Below, piece after piece: positions 10,804 through 20,163 of a DNA stretch of 64,000 nucleotides (the stretch's first letter is position 1; each line of letters begins with the position of its first letter). Source of the stretch: Candidatus Latescibacterota bacterium (GTDB lineage Bacteria > Latescibacterota > UBA2968). The stretch spans positions 3,488,001 to 3,552,000 of the forward strand of contig OZ241986.1 of NCBI GenBank assembly GCA_965204375.1, written 5' to 3'. The translations under genes and the position numbers were made by a program. The notes beneath the pieces were generated by a model. That model was not told where the DNA came from. It was given only the letters and a program-made list of their open reading frames with translations, and ran no database searches.

Positions 10804-13293
10804 ATGGTGCGTTTTGTGTTTCTGATGATACTGATATTCTCTTCAGCAACGGCCTTTGCCACGACCGAAACAGATTCTCTAACCGCCCTGGGTGAACAGC
10901 AGATGGCGACTGGCTTATTCGAGGCAGCAGTCGAGACATTTGTCCAATTGGCCAGAGCCAAACCCGAAGATGTCGAGGTGCAAACGCAACTGGGGTATGC
11001 GTATTTGAAGGCGAAAAATTACGAAGCTGCCGAAAAGGCTTTTAAGGCAGCCAAGAAACTGGACAAGACCTTTGTCCCCGCCTATGTCGGGCTGGGGATG
11101 GCCTATGTGGAAGGACCGGCAAAGGGTTTGGAAGCCGTGTATCACTTTCGACGCGCAGTGGGCGAGGCCAAACGGGCGACCAAACTCGATCCGAATTACG
11201 CGCCAGCCTATCGACTTCTGAGCGAACTCTACGAACGGTTTCGAGAGGACCGCGAAAAGGCGATCACATACTATTTGCAATACCTCAAACTGGAGCCAGA
11301 CAACCCGACGGGACTTTATCCTTTCGGGCTGGTCTGCATTCAGGCTGGGCAATACGACAAAATCGAGCGGTATATCATCCCCTATCTGAAGACCCATCCC
11401 GACGCCATCCAACTTTTACCTCTGGCTGCTCAGAGCTACTTTTTTCTCGAACATTACGAAGCAGCACTGGAACATTTTGAGCGTTATTTGCAGCACCAGG
11501 ACGAGGAGGAGCGGGCGCATTATACCGATATTTTTCTCGTGGCCTCTGGAAAAGAGCGACAGGCATATCAGGCTCTGTCCGACGAAGGCGAGCGCCAGGC
11601 TTATCTAAAAGGGTTCTGGAGGCGGCGGGACCCCGATATTTTGACCGGAATCAACGAGCGGATCATTGAACACTATCGCCGTGTGTGGTACGCGCGGACG
11701 TTTTTCTCCAAATACGAGCAACCCTGGGACAAGCGTGGGGAGGTCTATATCCGCTATGGAGAACCCGATCACCGCGCCCGGTCTCTCGAGCGGCAGGTGC
11801 GTGTAAGCCCAGAGGTCGAGGCAGTGCGCACACAGATGGCGGTAGATATGTACGGCCCAGAAGCCGCGTACCTGACGTTTAGCGGTCCGGTTTTTCCGGT
11901 AAAGGTGCAGCGCGATCCCTATAGCATCAGCGTGACATTCAACGCGCCAGACGAATTGCTCGAAGCCACGCTGGCCCGTCCAGGAGGGCAAACGCCCGAA
12001 TCAAATATGGACGAAGAGGACGATGTGCTGGTGACGCAGGCAGAACAGGGGGGTCTGGAGAGTCTCGAAGCCCAGGTATTTCAGGACGTACCCGGCGAAT
12101 CGGAATTTGTGAACCAGCGCAACGACGCATGGCGGGTGAATCCCCGGTTCGGGTTTGAAGATTACGCGCCCGTAACACTCGACTCAGAATTTCAGGCAGT
12201 ACCCTGGGAAGCATGGACCTATACCCAACTCGGACGCGGTGTGGAATTCACCTTTACCGACGAACTGTCCAGCGGCCGATTTGAATTTGCCCCAATGCCA
12301 ACCACACCCACAGGAGAACGGGTCATCAGCAAAGTCGGGCGCCTGACCGAACACGCCCCAGCAGTGATGTTCGAACGGGTCCAGGACGAGACGCCCGATT
12401 ATTACCGCCCGGGAATAGGCAAAGCTCCGCTGCACTTTTTTTACGACCTGGCCTCTTTTCGGGGCCCCGGCGAGCAGACCACGCTGGAAGTCTATTACGG
12501 CGTACCGCCAGGAGAAGTGAAAATCGGACAGGCGGAAGAACAGGACTATATCCGGGTACAGGCGGCATTGGCACTGGCCGACGCGGGCCATACCCATATT
12601 TACAGAGAAGCCGAGGTCTTTTTGTACGAACGCCCCCAAAACGAGGGGTTCAGCCGGGCAAAAGGCGTATTTGTGCCCGATGTATTGACCCTGAATATTC
12701 CGCCGGGAGAATACGAACTTCAGGTACAACTCAAAGATATGAATTCTGGACGGGTGGGGCTTTATAAACAGGCCGTAGATGTACGGGATTATACGTCGCA
12801 GGCACTTCAAATTAGCGATATTGAACTGGCTTATGACATCGGCGAGAAGCCGTCGAATACCCGGTTTTTGAAGGAGGACATCTGGGTCGTGCCAATGCCT
12901 TCTCGAGCGTATGCCGGATCGCAAAAGGTTTACGTCTATTTTGAACTCTACAATTTGAAACAGGACGCATTTGGGCAGACCCGCTATAAAGTGCAATATC
13001 TGGTTCGATACAACCCCAGGGCCATATCTGGCATTCTGGGTTCGGTCGCCACGGGACTGAGCGCGTTTATCAAATACCGCAAACCGCAGGTATCCGTCAG
13101 TTATGAACAGGTGGGCACAGATACGCGCACGCGCGAATACGTCGAACTGGATTTGCAGAAGGTCAAGCGCGGGGTGAATGTGCTGGAGATACAGATTACG
13201 GATCTCGTGAGCGGTGAACAAACCAGCAGAGCGGTGAGTTTTCAATATGGAAAACAGAGCGAGGAGGATAAACAGAAAATTGCACAGGAGTGA
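10804..13293 (+). CDS. TPR-repeat / GWxTD-domain secreted protein
   Basis: Signal peptide; N-terminal TPRs; FWRRRDP..NERIIEHYRRVWYA..PWDKRGEVYIRYGEPD (variant of the GWxTDRG motif). Confidence 0.85.
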   Translation: MVRFVFLMILIFSSATAFATTETDSLTALGEQQMATGLFEAAVETFVQLARAKPEDVEVQTQLGYAYLKAKNYEAAEKAFKAAKKLDKTFVPAYVGLGMAYVEGPAKGLEAVYHFRRAVGEAKRATKLDPNYAPAYRLLSELYERFREDREKAITYYLQYLKLEPDNPTGLYPFGLVCIQAGQYDKIERYIIPYLKTHPDAIQLLPLAAQSYFFLEHYEAALEHFERYLQHQDEEERAHYTDIFLVASGKERQAYQALSDEGERQAYLKGFWRRRDPDILTGINERIIEHYRRVWYARTFFSKYEQPWDKRGEVYIRYGEPDHRARSLERQVRVSPEVEAVRTQMAVDMYGPEAAYLTFSGPVFPVKVQRDPYSISVTFNAPDELLEATLARPGGQTPESNMDEEDDVLVTQAEQGGLESLEAQVFQDVPGESEFVNQRNDAWRVNPRFGFEDYAPVTLDSEFQAVPWEAWTYTQLGRGVEFTFTDELSSGRFEFAPMPTTPTGERVISKVGRLTEHAPAVMFERVQDETPDYYRPGIGKAPLHFFYDLASFRGPGEQTTLEVYYGVPPGEVKIGQAEEQDYIRVQAALALADAGHTHIYREAEVFLYERPQNEGFSRAKGVFVPDVLTLNIPPGEYELQVQLKDMNSGRVGLYKQAVDVRDYTSQALQISDIELAYDIGEKPSNTRFLKEDIWVVPMPSRAYAGSQKVYVYFELYNLKQDAFGQTRYKVQYLVRYNPRAISGILGSVATGLSAFIKYRKPQVSVSYEQVGTDTRTREYVELDLQKVKRGVNVLEIQITDLVSGEQTSRAVSFQYGKQSEEDKQKIAQE

Positions 13294-13304
13294 TTGTACT
13301 GAGG

Positions 13305-13343
13305 TGGTTGGGCACCCAAGGGCACGGGATTCACGGGTGGTAA
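13305..13343 (+). pseudogene. 3-prime remnant of a third DUF6785-like gene
   Basis: Encodes WLGTQGHGIHGW* versus WFPDQGHGVHGW* at the end of 165-2147; CAAGGGCACGGGATTCACGGGTGGTAA closely matches 2121-2147. Confidence 0.8.
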
Positions 13344-13351
13344 TTGCTGTA

Positions 13352-13678
13352 CTACAGCTTGACACAATCTAACCTCAGCCGAAACCCCAAGGCGGAAATA
13401 ATAGCCATCAGATTGTCGAGCTTTGGTTTGCTGCGACTTGAAAGCACGCGATAGAGATGTTCGCGGTTCAATCCGGCGCGTTCTGCCAACGCACCAACCC
13501 CACCTTGTGCCTGGGCGACATCGCGCAAGGCCAATAACAGCCCATCCGTCTCCCCACTTGCTTCACACTCATCCAGTGCCACTTCCAGATAAGCCCGAGC
13601 ATCTTCGGGATCTTTAAGAGCTTCTATCAGCCCTTCTTCATAACTGACCGTGTGTTTCAAAACCTGTTTTTTAGTCAT
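13352..13678 (-). CDS. Addiction-module antidote protein, HI1420 family (orphan)
   Basis: ARAYLEVAL..LLLALRDVAQAQGGVGALAERAGLNREHLYRVLS HTH signature. Confidence 0.88.
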   Translation of the reverse strand: MTKKQVLKHTVSYEEGLIEALKDPEDARAYLEVALDECEASGETDGLLLALRDVAQAQGGVGALAERAGLNREHLYRVLSSRSKPKLDNLMAIISALGFRLRLDCVKL

Positions 13679-13686
13679 TTTTAGAA

Positions 13687-13704
13687 TGTAGCGTACACGC
13701 TACA
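13687..13704. promoter_or_regulatory. Palindromic operator upstream of the antidote gene
   Basis: TGTAGCGT-AC-ACGCTACA perfect inverted repeat 8 nt from the ATG. Confidence 0.7.
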
Positions 13705-13715
13705 AAAAATAAACG

Positions 13716-13754
13716 AAAAAAATGAACGGGACTCAATGGTTCAAGCCCCGTTCA
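13716..13754 (-). terminator. Intrinsic terminator after the ECF sigma gene
   Basis: Minus strand TGAACGGGGCTT...GAGTCCCGTTCA followed by T-run. Confidence 0.8.
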
Positions 13755-13772
13755 CACTGACTGGATCCTATT

Positions 13773-14930
13773 TTAATGCAAGTGACGGAAACGAAGATCC
13801 CTGAAAGCTGTTTTGCATTCCCATACATTCAGCGCAATCGGTCCCGATTGATAGCTGAAATCCGTCACCTGATTGATCAGCTTGCCATCAATATATGAAG
13901 TAAGAGATGCGCCTCGGGCGGCGATTTGCACATCGTATTCCTGTCCATGCTCAATGGGATAGTTGACCACACTGAGCTTGGTTAGCCCCTCAGGCGTAAC
14001 TTTGCTAATGGCGACAGCCTGCCAGCCCAATAAGAAATCCAACAAATACCAGCACCGTTCGTCTTCGGACATCCGGAAGAAAACCTGAGCATTGCCGCCT
14101 GAAATGGGCGTGATGAGAAGAGACAGTTCATAACTTCCCCAGGAAGAGTCACCTATAATAAGCGGAGAACTGTAATCACTTGAGGGGTCTGCTTCACCCA
14201 CGATACCATCATCCGTACGCGTCCAAACGCGATGCAAAGACGCTTCGGTATGTCCCTTTGCGGGTCGCCAATCTGCCAATCCATCGCCCTGGATCAATTT
14301 CTCCCAGTGGATAACCCCTCTCATTCCACCAATGACTCTGCGCCCGTAATCTTCCTGATTTTCCTGATCTACAAGTGTTCCATTTCCCATGACTAAAAGC
14401 CTCCTTTTTAGTTGTTTCCGCGATCTATGTAACCGACTTTTGACAGTACCCACTGGAATACCAAGGATACTGGCAATCTGATCCTGACGTAATCCGACCA
14501 GATAAAACAGCGTAGTAACCATCCGATCCGCTGGGGCGAGCAATGCAAAAGCCCGCTTCAGAGCAGATGCGTACTGCGGCTCCACCGTTTTTTCAGGATG
14601 CACAAACTCGAGCTGTTGATATTCCTGCACCCTTGATAATCCCCGCGCCTCAAGGGTTCGCTTTCTCACCCATTTGAGAGCCACATTGCGCGCAATGGTA
14701 TAAAGCCAGGATGAGAATTTGCCAACATCATCGAGTTGGTTGAGATTCCGATAGGCAAGAATAAATGTCTCTTGCGTGGCATCTTCGGTATCATCAGCAT
14801 CTTGCAGCACAGCCCATATAACTCCAAACACCAGAGATCGGTGCTGGTTAATCAGATCGGCAAATGCCCGCTCATCGCCACCACAGGCTTTATCAACCAG
14901 GGTCTTATCGCCTGATAATGAATCATTCAT
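13773..14930 (-). CDS. ECF sigma-70 factor with C-terminal DUF1080-like (beta-jelly-roll) extension
   Basis: Region 2 DTEDATQETFI..FSSWLY; region 4 IASILGIPVGTVKSRLHR; C-terminal GLADW..W....GIVG..GPIAL..FRDLR; start moved to ATG 14930 (GGAG RBS). Confidence 0.85.
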   Translation of the reverse strand: MNDSLSGDKTLVDKACGGDERAFADLINQHRSLVFGVIWAVLQDADDTEDATQETFILAYRNLNQLDDVGKFSSWLYTIARNVALKWVRKRTLEARGLSRVQEYQQLEFVHPEKTVEPQYASALKRAFALLAPADRMVTTLFYLVGLRQDQIASILGIPVGTVKSRLHRSRKQLKRRLLVMGNGTLVDQENQEDYGRRVIGGMRGVIHWEKLIQGDGLADWRPAKGHTEASLHRVWTRTDDGIVGEADPSSDYSSPLIIGDSSWGSYELSLLITPISGGNAQVFFRMSEDERCWYLLDFLLGWQAVAISKVTPEGLTKLSVVNYPIEHGQEYDVQIAARGASLTSYIDGKLINQVTDFSYQSGPIALNVWECKTAFRDLRFRHLH

Positions 14931-14960
14931 CAGAGTACTCCGATACGCGCGTTCATACAA

Positions 14961-14986
14961 TAGATTCAGTTTTTGACAGAAGGTTC
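14961..14986 (-). promoter_or_regulatory. ECF-type (probably autoregulatory) promoter
   Basis: Minus strand GAACCT-N16-TCTA, resembling the sigmaE consensus GAACTT-N16-TCTRA. Confidence 0.65.
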
Positions 14987-15022
14987 ACGAATTTTTCACA
15001 ACTAACGTTTCTCTACGATCAA

Positions 15023-15140
15023 GTGTTCATTTTCGGACACCACTGTATCAAAATCGGACACTTTATAAGACCCTAATTTCAGGTAATTTTCGTAACCTAT
15101 TGTTATATCAATATTTGACTTTTCTGGCATAATTTTTGCT
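15023..15140 (+). promoter_or_regulatory. sigma54 promoter module, copy 1: two enhancer-like dyads, IHF-like site, -24/-12 box
   Basis: GTGTTCATTTTCGGACAC (15023-15040), TGTATCAAAATCGGACA (15044-15060), TAACCTATTGTTA, TGGCATA-ATTT-TTGCT (15125-15140); repeated at 47382-47499. Confidence 0.85.
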
Positions 15141-15193
15141 TCATAATTGTATAACCCATAGTACTTACCTCTCAATAGAGACGGAGGCCCGAT

Positions 15194-17629
15194 ATGCTCT
15201 GGAATTACCTCACCGTTGGATTCAGAAATCTGCGTCGGCACGCCTTCTATTCAACCCTGAATATCCTGGGATTGGCTGTGGGTATTGCGTGCATGTTATT
15301 GGCGGTATTGTATGTGGGTTATCAGTTTCGCTTTGACCAGCACCACGAAAAGAGCGACCGCATTTACAGAGTCATCCGAAAAATCAAGGATGTCAGCGGC
15401 GAGCGCTACGACCTGGGGACAAAGCCCGTCGCCCCTCATCTGCGCGGTAAATTTCCCGAAGTTGAGGCAGTGACCCGAATGCTCGTCAGGGGTATGTGGG
15501 CATCGAACGAAGACCGCGGTTTCAATACGCGCGTGTGCATAACCGATGCGGAAATGTTCGATATCTTTACACTACCGATGGTAGTCGGCGATCCCAAAAC
15601 CGGACTAAACGATCCCCATACCGCGTTTCTCTCTCAGACATTGGCTCACAAGCTATTCGGCGATGAAGCCCCGATAGGCAAAACCGTCAACATTCACTAC
15701 AAATGGTTTAAGGGCGACTTCACAGTTACCGGTATCCTGCAAGATCAACCCAGGACATCAAATGACAAGCTACAGTTCGATTTTCTCACCACCACATATC
15801 CACAACCATCGGAACAATATCCGGAAAACGGATGGCGACGACTCGTATGGGACGAATGGCCTTCAAATTGGTTCATCGGACCGTTGCGGACTTATGTGCT
15901 GTTGCGTCAGGGAGCCGATATTGCTGAACTGGAGAAAAAACTACACGCTTTTGCTGCCGACCACCAGATTGACGGTCCTGAACGCTATGACTTCTACTTG
16001 CAACCGTTCGACCGCATCCACCTGTACTCAATGCAAGATTACGGCACAGCAGAGATCAACGCCGGGGACATCACGCGCTGCTATACGCTGCTATTCATTG
16101 GACTACTCGTACTGTTGATCGCCTGCATCAATTATATCAACCTGATAACGGCGCGGTCAGCCAGTCGGCTGCGCGAAGTTGGCATGCGCAAGGTCGTGGG
16201 TGCAACGCGGTTGCAGTTGATGGGTCAATTTTTGGGCGAGTCCCTGTTCATCGTCTTATTGGCAGGTGTGCTGGCCGTGTTATTTGCCTCCGATGCACTG
16301 CCCTTTTTCAATGAATTCATGGACGTTGATCTGCATTTGATTGACGCGGGTACAGTATTCGTCCTGGCGCTCTCGTTATGCGTATTACTGGGCACAGGCC
16401 TGCTCGCCGGGAGCTATCCGGCATTTGTCTTATCGGCATTCGAGCCTGTTCGCGCGTTAAAAGGCACGCTACAATCTCGACACATGAGGTTGAATCAACT
16501 GATGGTTGTGCTGCAGTTCGGCATATCTGTGGTCTTGATCATCACGACGCTGGTGGTGTATAGTCAGCTTACATTCGTGCGTACCAAAGAACTGGGATTT
16601 GAAAAGGAACACATTGTCATGATGCCGTTCTTTTTGAAAGACCGCGGACTGCGGCCAAAGGCGGGAGCCATCGTCAATGAATTTCGCGCACAACCGGGTG
16701 TGTTGAAAGCATCGGCATTTCACACACCGCCTGGGCGAATCGCTGTGGATAGACGCATTCTGCGCGCCGAAGGGCATGGCGATGCGACATTCAAGCTGTA
16801 CTGGAACGGCATTGATGACAACTATCTCGATCTGTTCGGATTGTCCATTGTATCGGGCAGGAGCCTGATTGGTATGCCTAACTTTCGCAGAATCGACGAA
16901 AACAAATGGGAAGGTTCTGCATTGATCAATGAGACAGCCGCACGGGAACTCGGATGGGACAATCCCGTGGGCAAGTCTTTTTTTTCTTCTGGTGGTCGGA
17001 TTCAGACCCGGGTAATCGGCTTAGTCAAGGATTACCACAACCAGTCGCTGCACCACGGCATTGCACCCCTGATATTGGAAAACTCCCCCAGTTTGCATTG
17101 GGTCGCCGTGCGCCTGGCACCCGGCGATCTGAAGGCGCAACTCACCGCGCTGGAAAGCGTGTGGAAGCAGTTTTTGCCGGGCCGACCTTTTGAGTATCAA
17201 TTCTTCGACGAAGTACTCGACGGGTATTACCGATCAGAGATAACACTGCAAAAAGTGTGCAGCGTTTTTGCCGCGCTGTCCATCTTCATCAGTTGTTTGG
17301 GAATGCTCGGATTGATCGCATTTGCCACACAACAGCGCACCAAAGAGATCGGCATTCGCAAGGTACTCGGTGCTTCGGAGGGCAAAATCATTCTGTTGCT
17401 GACCCGCAATTTTCTGTGGCTAACTGTCATAGCCAACGTAATCGGATGGCCGGTGGCGTATTTTCTCATGTCCTCCTGGCTCAATGATTTCGCCTACCGC
17501 ATCGAACTGGGGCCACTCATGTTCATTGCAACAGGGCTATTGACGCTGGGGATTGTACTTGTAACCGTATGCGGACAAGCCTGGCGTGCGGCCTGTGCCA
17601 ATCCGGTTGACGCGCTGCGGGATGAGTAA
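15194..17629 (+). CDS. ABC transporter permease, duplicated MacB-PCD/FtsX type
   Basis: RNL..INILGLAVG; IACINYINL..REVGMRKVVGA; RTKEIGIRKVLGAS; NPVDALRDE. Confidence 0.93.
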   Translation: MLWNYLTVGFRNLRRHAFYSTLNILGLAVGIACMLLAVLYVGYQFRFDQHHEKSDRIYRVIRKIKDVSGERYDLGTKPVAPHLRGKFPEVEAVTRMLVRGMWASNEDRGFNTRVCITDAEMFDIFTLPMVVGDPKTGLNDPHTAFLSQTLAHKLFGDEAPIGKTVNIHYKWFKGDFTVTGILQDQPRTSNDKLQFDFLTTTYPQPSEQYPENGWRRLVWDEWPSNWFIGPLRTYVLLRQGADIAELEKKLHAFAADHQIDGPERYDFYLQPFDRIHLYSMQDYGTAEINAGDITRCYTLLFIGLLVLLIACINYINLITARSASRLREVGMRKVVGATRLQLMGQFLGESLFIVLLAGVLAVLFASDALPFFNEFMDVDLHLIDAGTVFVLALSLCVLLGTGLLAGSYPAFVLSAFEPVRALKGTLQSRHMRLNQLMVVLQFGISVVLIITTLVVYSQLTFVRTKELGFEKEHIVMMPFFLKDRGLRPKAGAIVNEFRAQPGVLKASAFHTPPGRIAVDRRILRAEGHGDATFKLYWNGIDDNYLDLFGLSIVSGRSLIGMPNFRRIDENKWEGSALINETAARELGWDNPVGKSFFSSGGRIQTRVIGLVKDYHNQSLHHGIAPLILENSPSLHWVAVRLAPGDLKAQLTALESVWKQFLPGRPFEYQFFDEVLDGYYRSEITLQKVCSVFAALSIFISCLGMLGLIAFATQQRTKEIGIRKVLGASEGKIILLLTRNFLWLTVIANVIGWPVAYFLMSSWLNDFAYRIELGPLMFIATGLLTLGIVLVTVCGQAWRAACANPVDALRDE

Positions 17630-17704
17630 ACGACTCAGGAATTCGCTTAAAAAAAAGAATGAACACCAATGAACAGTACTGAGTCCTCCAAAGGAGACAT
17701 TACG

Positions 17705-20134
17705 ATGTTTCGCAATTATATCCTCATAGCAGTTCGAAACTTGCTCAAGTATAAATTTTATTCCGCTATAAACATCATTGGACTTGGAATAGGTATCGCC
17801 TCTGTAATCTTGATCATGCTATTTATTAAGGATCAATATAGCTATGATGTCCAACATGAGGATCGGGACCGAATTTATCGTGTGATTCGAGCATATAAGT
17901 CTGAAAATGGGGAAAAAGTATATGATTGGAGATTGTCTGGTGCGGCAGGCCCTGCACTGGTTCAAGATCTTCCCGAAGTTGAGGCAGCCGTTCGCATTAT
18001 GATACGTCGTGAATGGATTCAACACGAGGATAAGATTTTTAATCAAGCCTTTTGCCTCGCCGATCCCAATTTCCTGGATATTTTCACGTTTCCTCTTATT
18101 CGCGGAGATAAAACAGCGTTATTACAACCGAACTCGGTTTTGATAACCGAATCAGCCGCAAAAAAGTTTTTTGGCGAAAAAGACCCAATCGGAAAAGTGA
18201 TCAATGTAGGAGAAGGTTACGTCAAGGGGGATTACACGATTGCTGGTATCATGCGCGATGTCTCAAGCACATTGCAATTTGATTTTCTTTCAGCCTCAGT
18301 TCATCCAGAATTTACCACCTGGCATGAATGGCGGCCCAGAGCCAGATGGCGTGCATTTTCCATTTATGTGCTATTGAAAAAGAACATTTCTCCAGCCTCT
18401 CTCGAATCTAAATTTCCCGCATTTATTGAACGCTATATGGGGCGAGAGATTGCCGTAAACATGGCGTATTTTTTACAACCTTTAGAGGAAGTTTATCTTT
18501 ATTCCAAACGGGATTACGATCTCAGGCATACGTATGCATCGGAGGGTAAGATACCCCAGGGTAACATCACACAGGTCAACACGGTATTTTTTGCAGCAAT
18601 TTTTATTTTGCTTATTGCCTGTATCAACTTCACAAATTTGGCAACTGCACGATCTGCAAATAGAGCCAGGGAAGTTGGCCTTCGGAAAGTCGTTGGTGCC
18701 AGTCGAAAAAATTTGATATGTCAGTTCATAGGAGAATCATCCTTATTGGCAGTTATAAGTTTAGTGATCGGCATTAGCATCGTAGAACTCGCACTGCCAA
18801 TATTGAATACCTATGCGGGAACCAATCTCTCCCTGGATTTCAGCAGCGGTTTAATACTGGAATTTCTGGGATTGGCGCTATTGGTCAGCCTTATAGGAGG
18901 ATTCTATCCGGCGTTTTATTTATCACACTTTCGACCTATAGAAACACTGAGGGGAAGGCTTAATACAGGATCTCGAGGTAAGGTGCTACGGCAAGGCCTC
19001 ATCATATTTCAATTTGGGATATCAATCGTCTTGATTGTTGTGACATTTATTGTGCTCGAACAGGTACGCTATATCCAAAATAAGAACCTTGGCTTCGTCA
19101 AAGATCAGGTAATCGCAATGCCGATCTTCTGGGAACATCGCAAATCACCAGATGGAATGAGCGATTCCCTGAATACAAGATATAATGTTGTAAAACAAGC
19201 ATTTTTACAACATCCGAACATTACCAGAGCCACCATATCGCGTTTTAAGCACGGAATAGATGCGCCTCTTAATTCCTTCAATGCTTATCAGGGTGAACAA
19301 AACGAGCGGTGGATGCAAATAAACGAGGTTGATGAAGACTTTATTCCGTTTTTTGACATTGAATTGATTGCTGGCCGAAATTTTTCAAAAAATGCTGTAA
19401 GTAACTTTTTTACAGGGGAACAGGAATATATCCTCAATGAGGCAGCTATTAAGGCACTGGGATGGACAGAGCCGATAGGCAAAAGATTTGGATTTAAAGG
19501 GCAGGAATCAGGCGTCGTTGTAGGCGTTGTAAAAAACTATCACACGCAATCTTTGTATGAATCTATTGAACCTGTGGTATTATGTCCCAGTAATTATGTG
19601 GCTAAAATACTCTACCTTAGAGTCTCACCTGAATACTTCGACGAAACAGTAGCATTTATGAAGCAAACTTGGGAACAATTTCTACCTTCTCGTCCCTTCA
19701 GCTATACTTTCTTGGATGATGATTTAATGCAGCAATATGAAAATGAACGCCAATTGGGCAAAGCTATTGGTGTGTTCTCTATGCTGTCTATCTTTATAGC
19801 TTGCCTGGGGCTTTTGGGCCTTGTTTCATTTATGACCGAACAGAGGAGAAAGGAAGTAGGGATCCGGAAGGTACTGGGTGCGTCAGAAACCAATATCATC
19901 ACGTTAATGCTTACAGAGTCTTTTAAGCTTTTTCTAATTGCCTACCTGTTGGCAGGACCTATCTCTTATATGGCTATCACGAACTGGCTACAGGGATTCG
20001 CATATCGCATTGACATGACAATATTTCCTTTCTTAGTAGGCGGAATATGTGCATTTACCATATCTATATTTTCTGTGATACCCCAGGTATTGAAAGCGGC
20101 TCATATTAATCCTGTGGAGGCATTAAAACATTAA
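17705..20134 (+). CDS. ABC transporter permease, MacB/FtsX type
   Basis: Same signatures; start MFRNY with AAAGGAG RBS. Confidence 0.93.
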   Translation: MFRNYILIAVRNLLKYKFYSAINIIGLGIGIASVILIMLFIKDQYSYDVQHEDRDRIYRVIRAYKSENGEKVYDWRLSGAAGPALVQDLPEVEAAVRIMIRREWIQHEDKIFNQAFCLADPNFLDIFTFPLIRGDKTALLQPNSVLITESAAKKFFGEKDPIGKVINVGEGYVKGDYTIAGIMRDVSSTLQFDFLSASVHPEFTTWHEWRPRARWRAFSIYVLLKKNISPASLESKFPAFIERYMGREIAVNMAYFLQPLEEVYLYSKRDYDLRHTYASEGKIPQGNITQVNTVFFAAIFILLIACINFTNLATARSANRAREVGLRKVVGASRKNLICQFIGESSLLAVISLVIGISIVELALPILNTYAGTNLSLDFSSGLILEFLGLALLVSLIGGFYPAFYLSHFRPIETLRGRLNTGSRGKVLRQGLIIFQFGISIVLIVVTFIVLEQVRYIQNKNLGFVKDQVIAMPIFWEHRKSPDGMSDSLNTRYNVVKQAFLQHPNITRATISRFKHGIDAPLNSFNAYQGEQNERWMQINEVDEDFIPFFDIELIAGRNFSKNAVSNFFTGEQEYILNEAAIKALGWTEPIGKRFGFKGQESGVVVGVVKNYHTQSLYESIEPVVLCPSNYVAKILYLRVSPEYFDETVAFMKQTWEQFLPSRPFSYTFLDDDLMQQYENERQLGKAIGVFSMLSIFIACLGLLGLVSFMTEQRRKEVGIRKVLGASETNIITLMLTESFKLFLIAYLLAGPISYMAITNWLQGFAYRIDMTIFPFLVGGICAFTISIFSVIPQVLKAAHINPVEALKH

Positions 20135-20163
20135 ATAACCAACGCTTCAAGATGGGGGGCAAA

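Noticed and set aside
12184-13365. 393-aa minus-strand ORF
   Set aside because: Shadow of the GWxTD gene; no recognisable domain.
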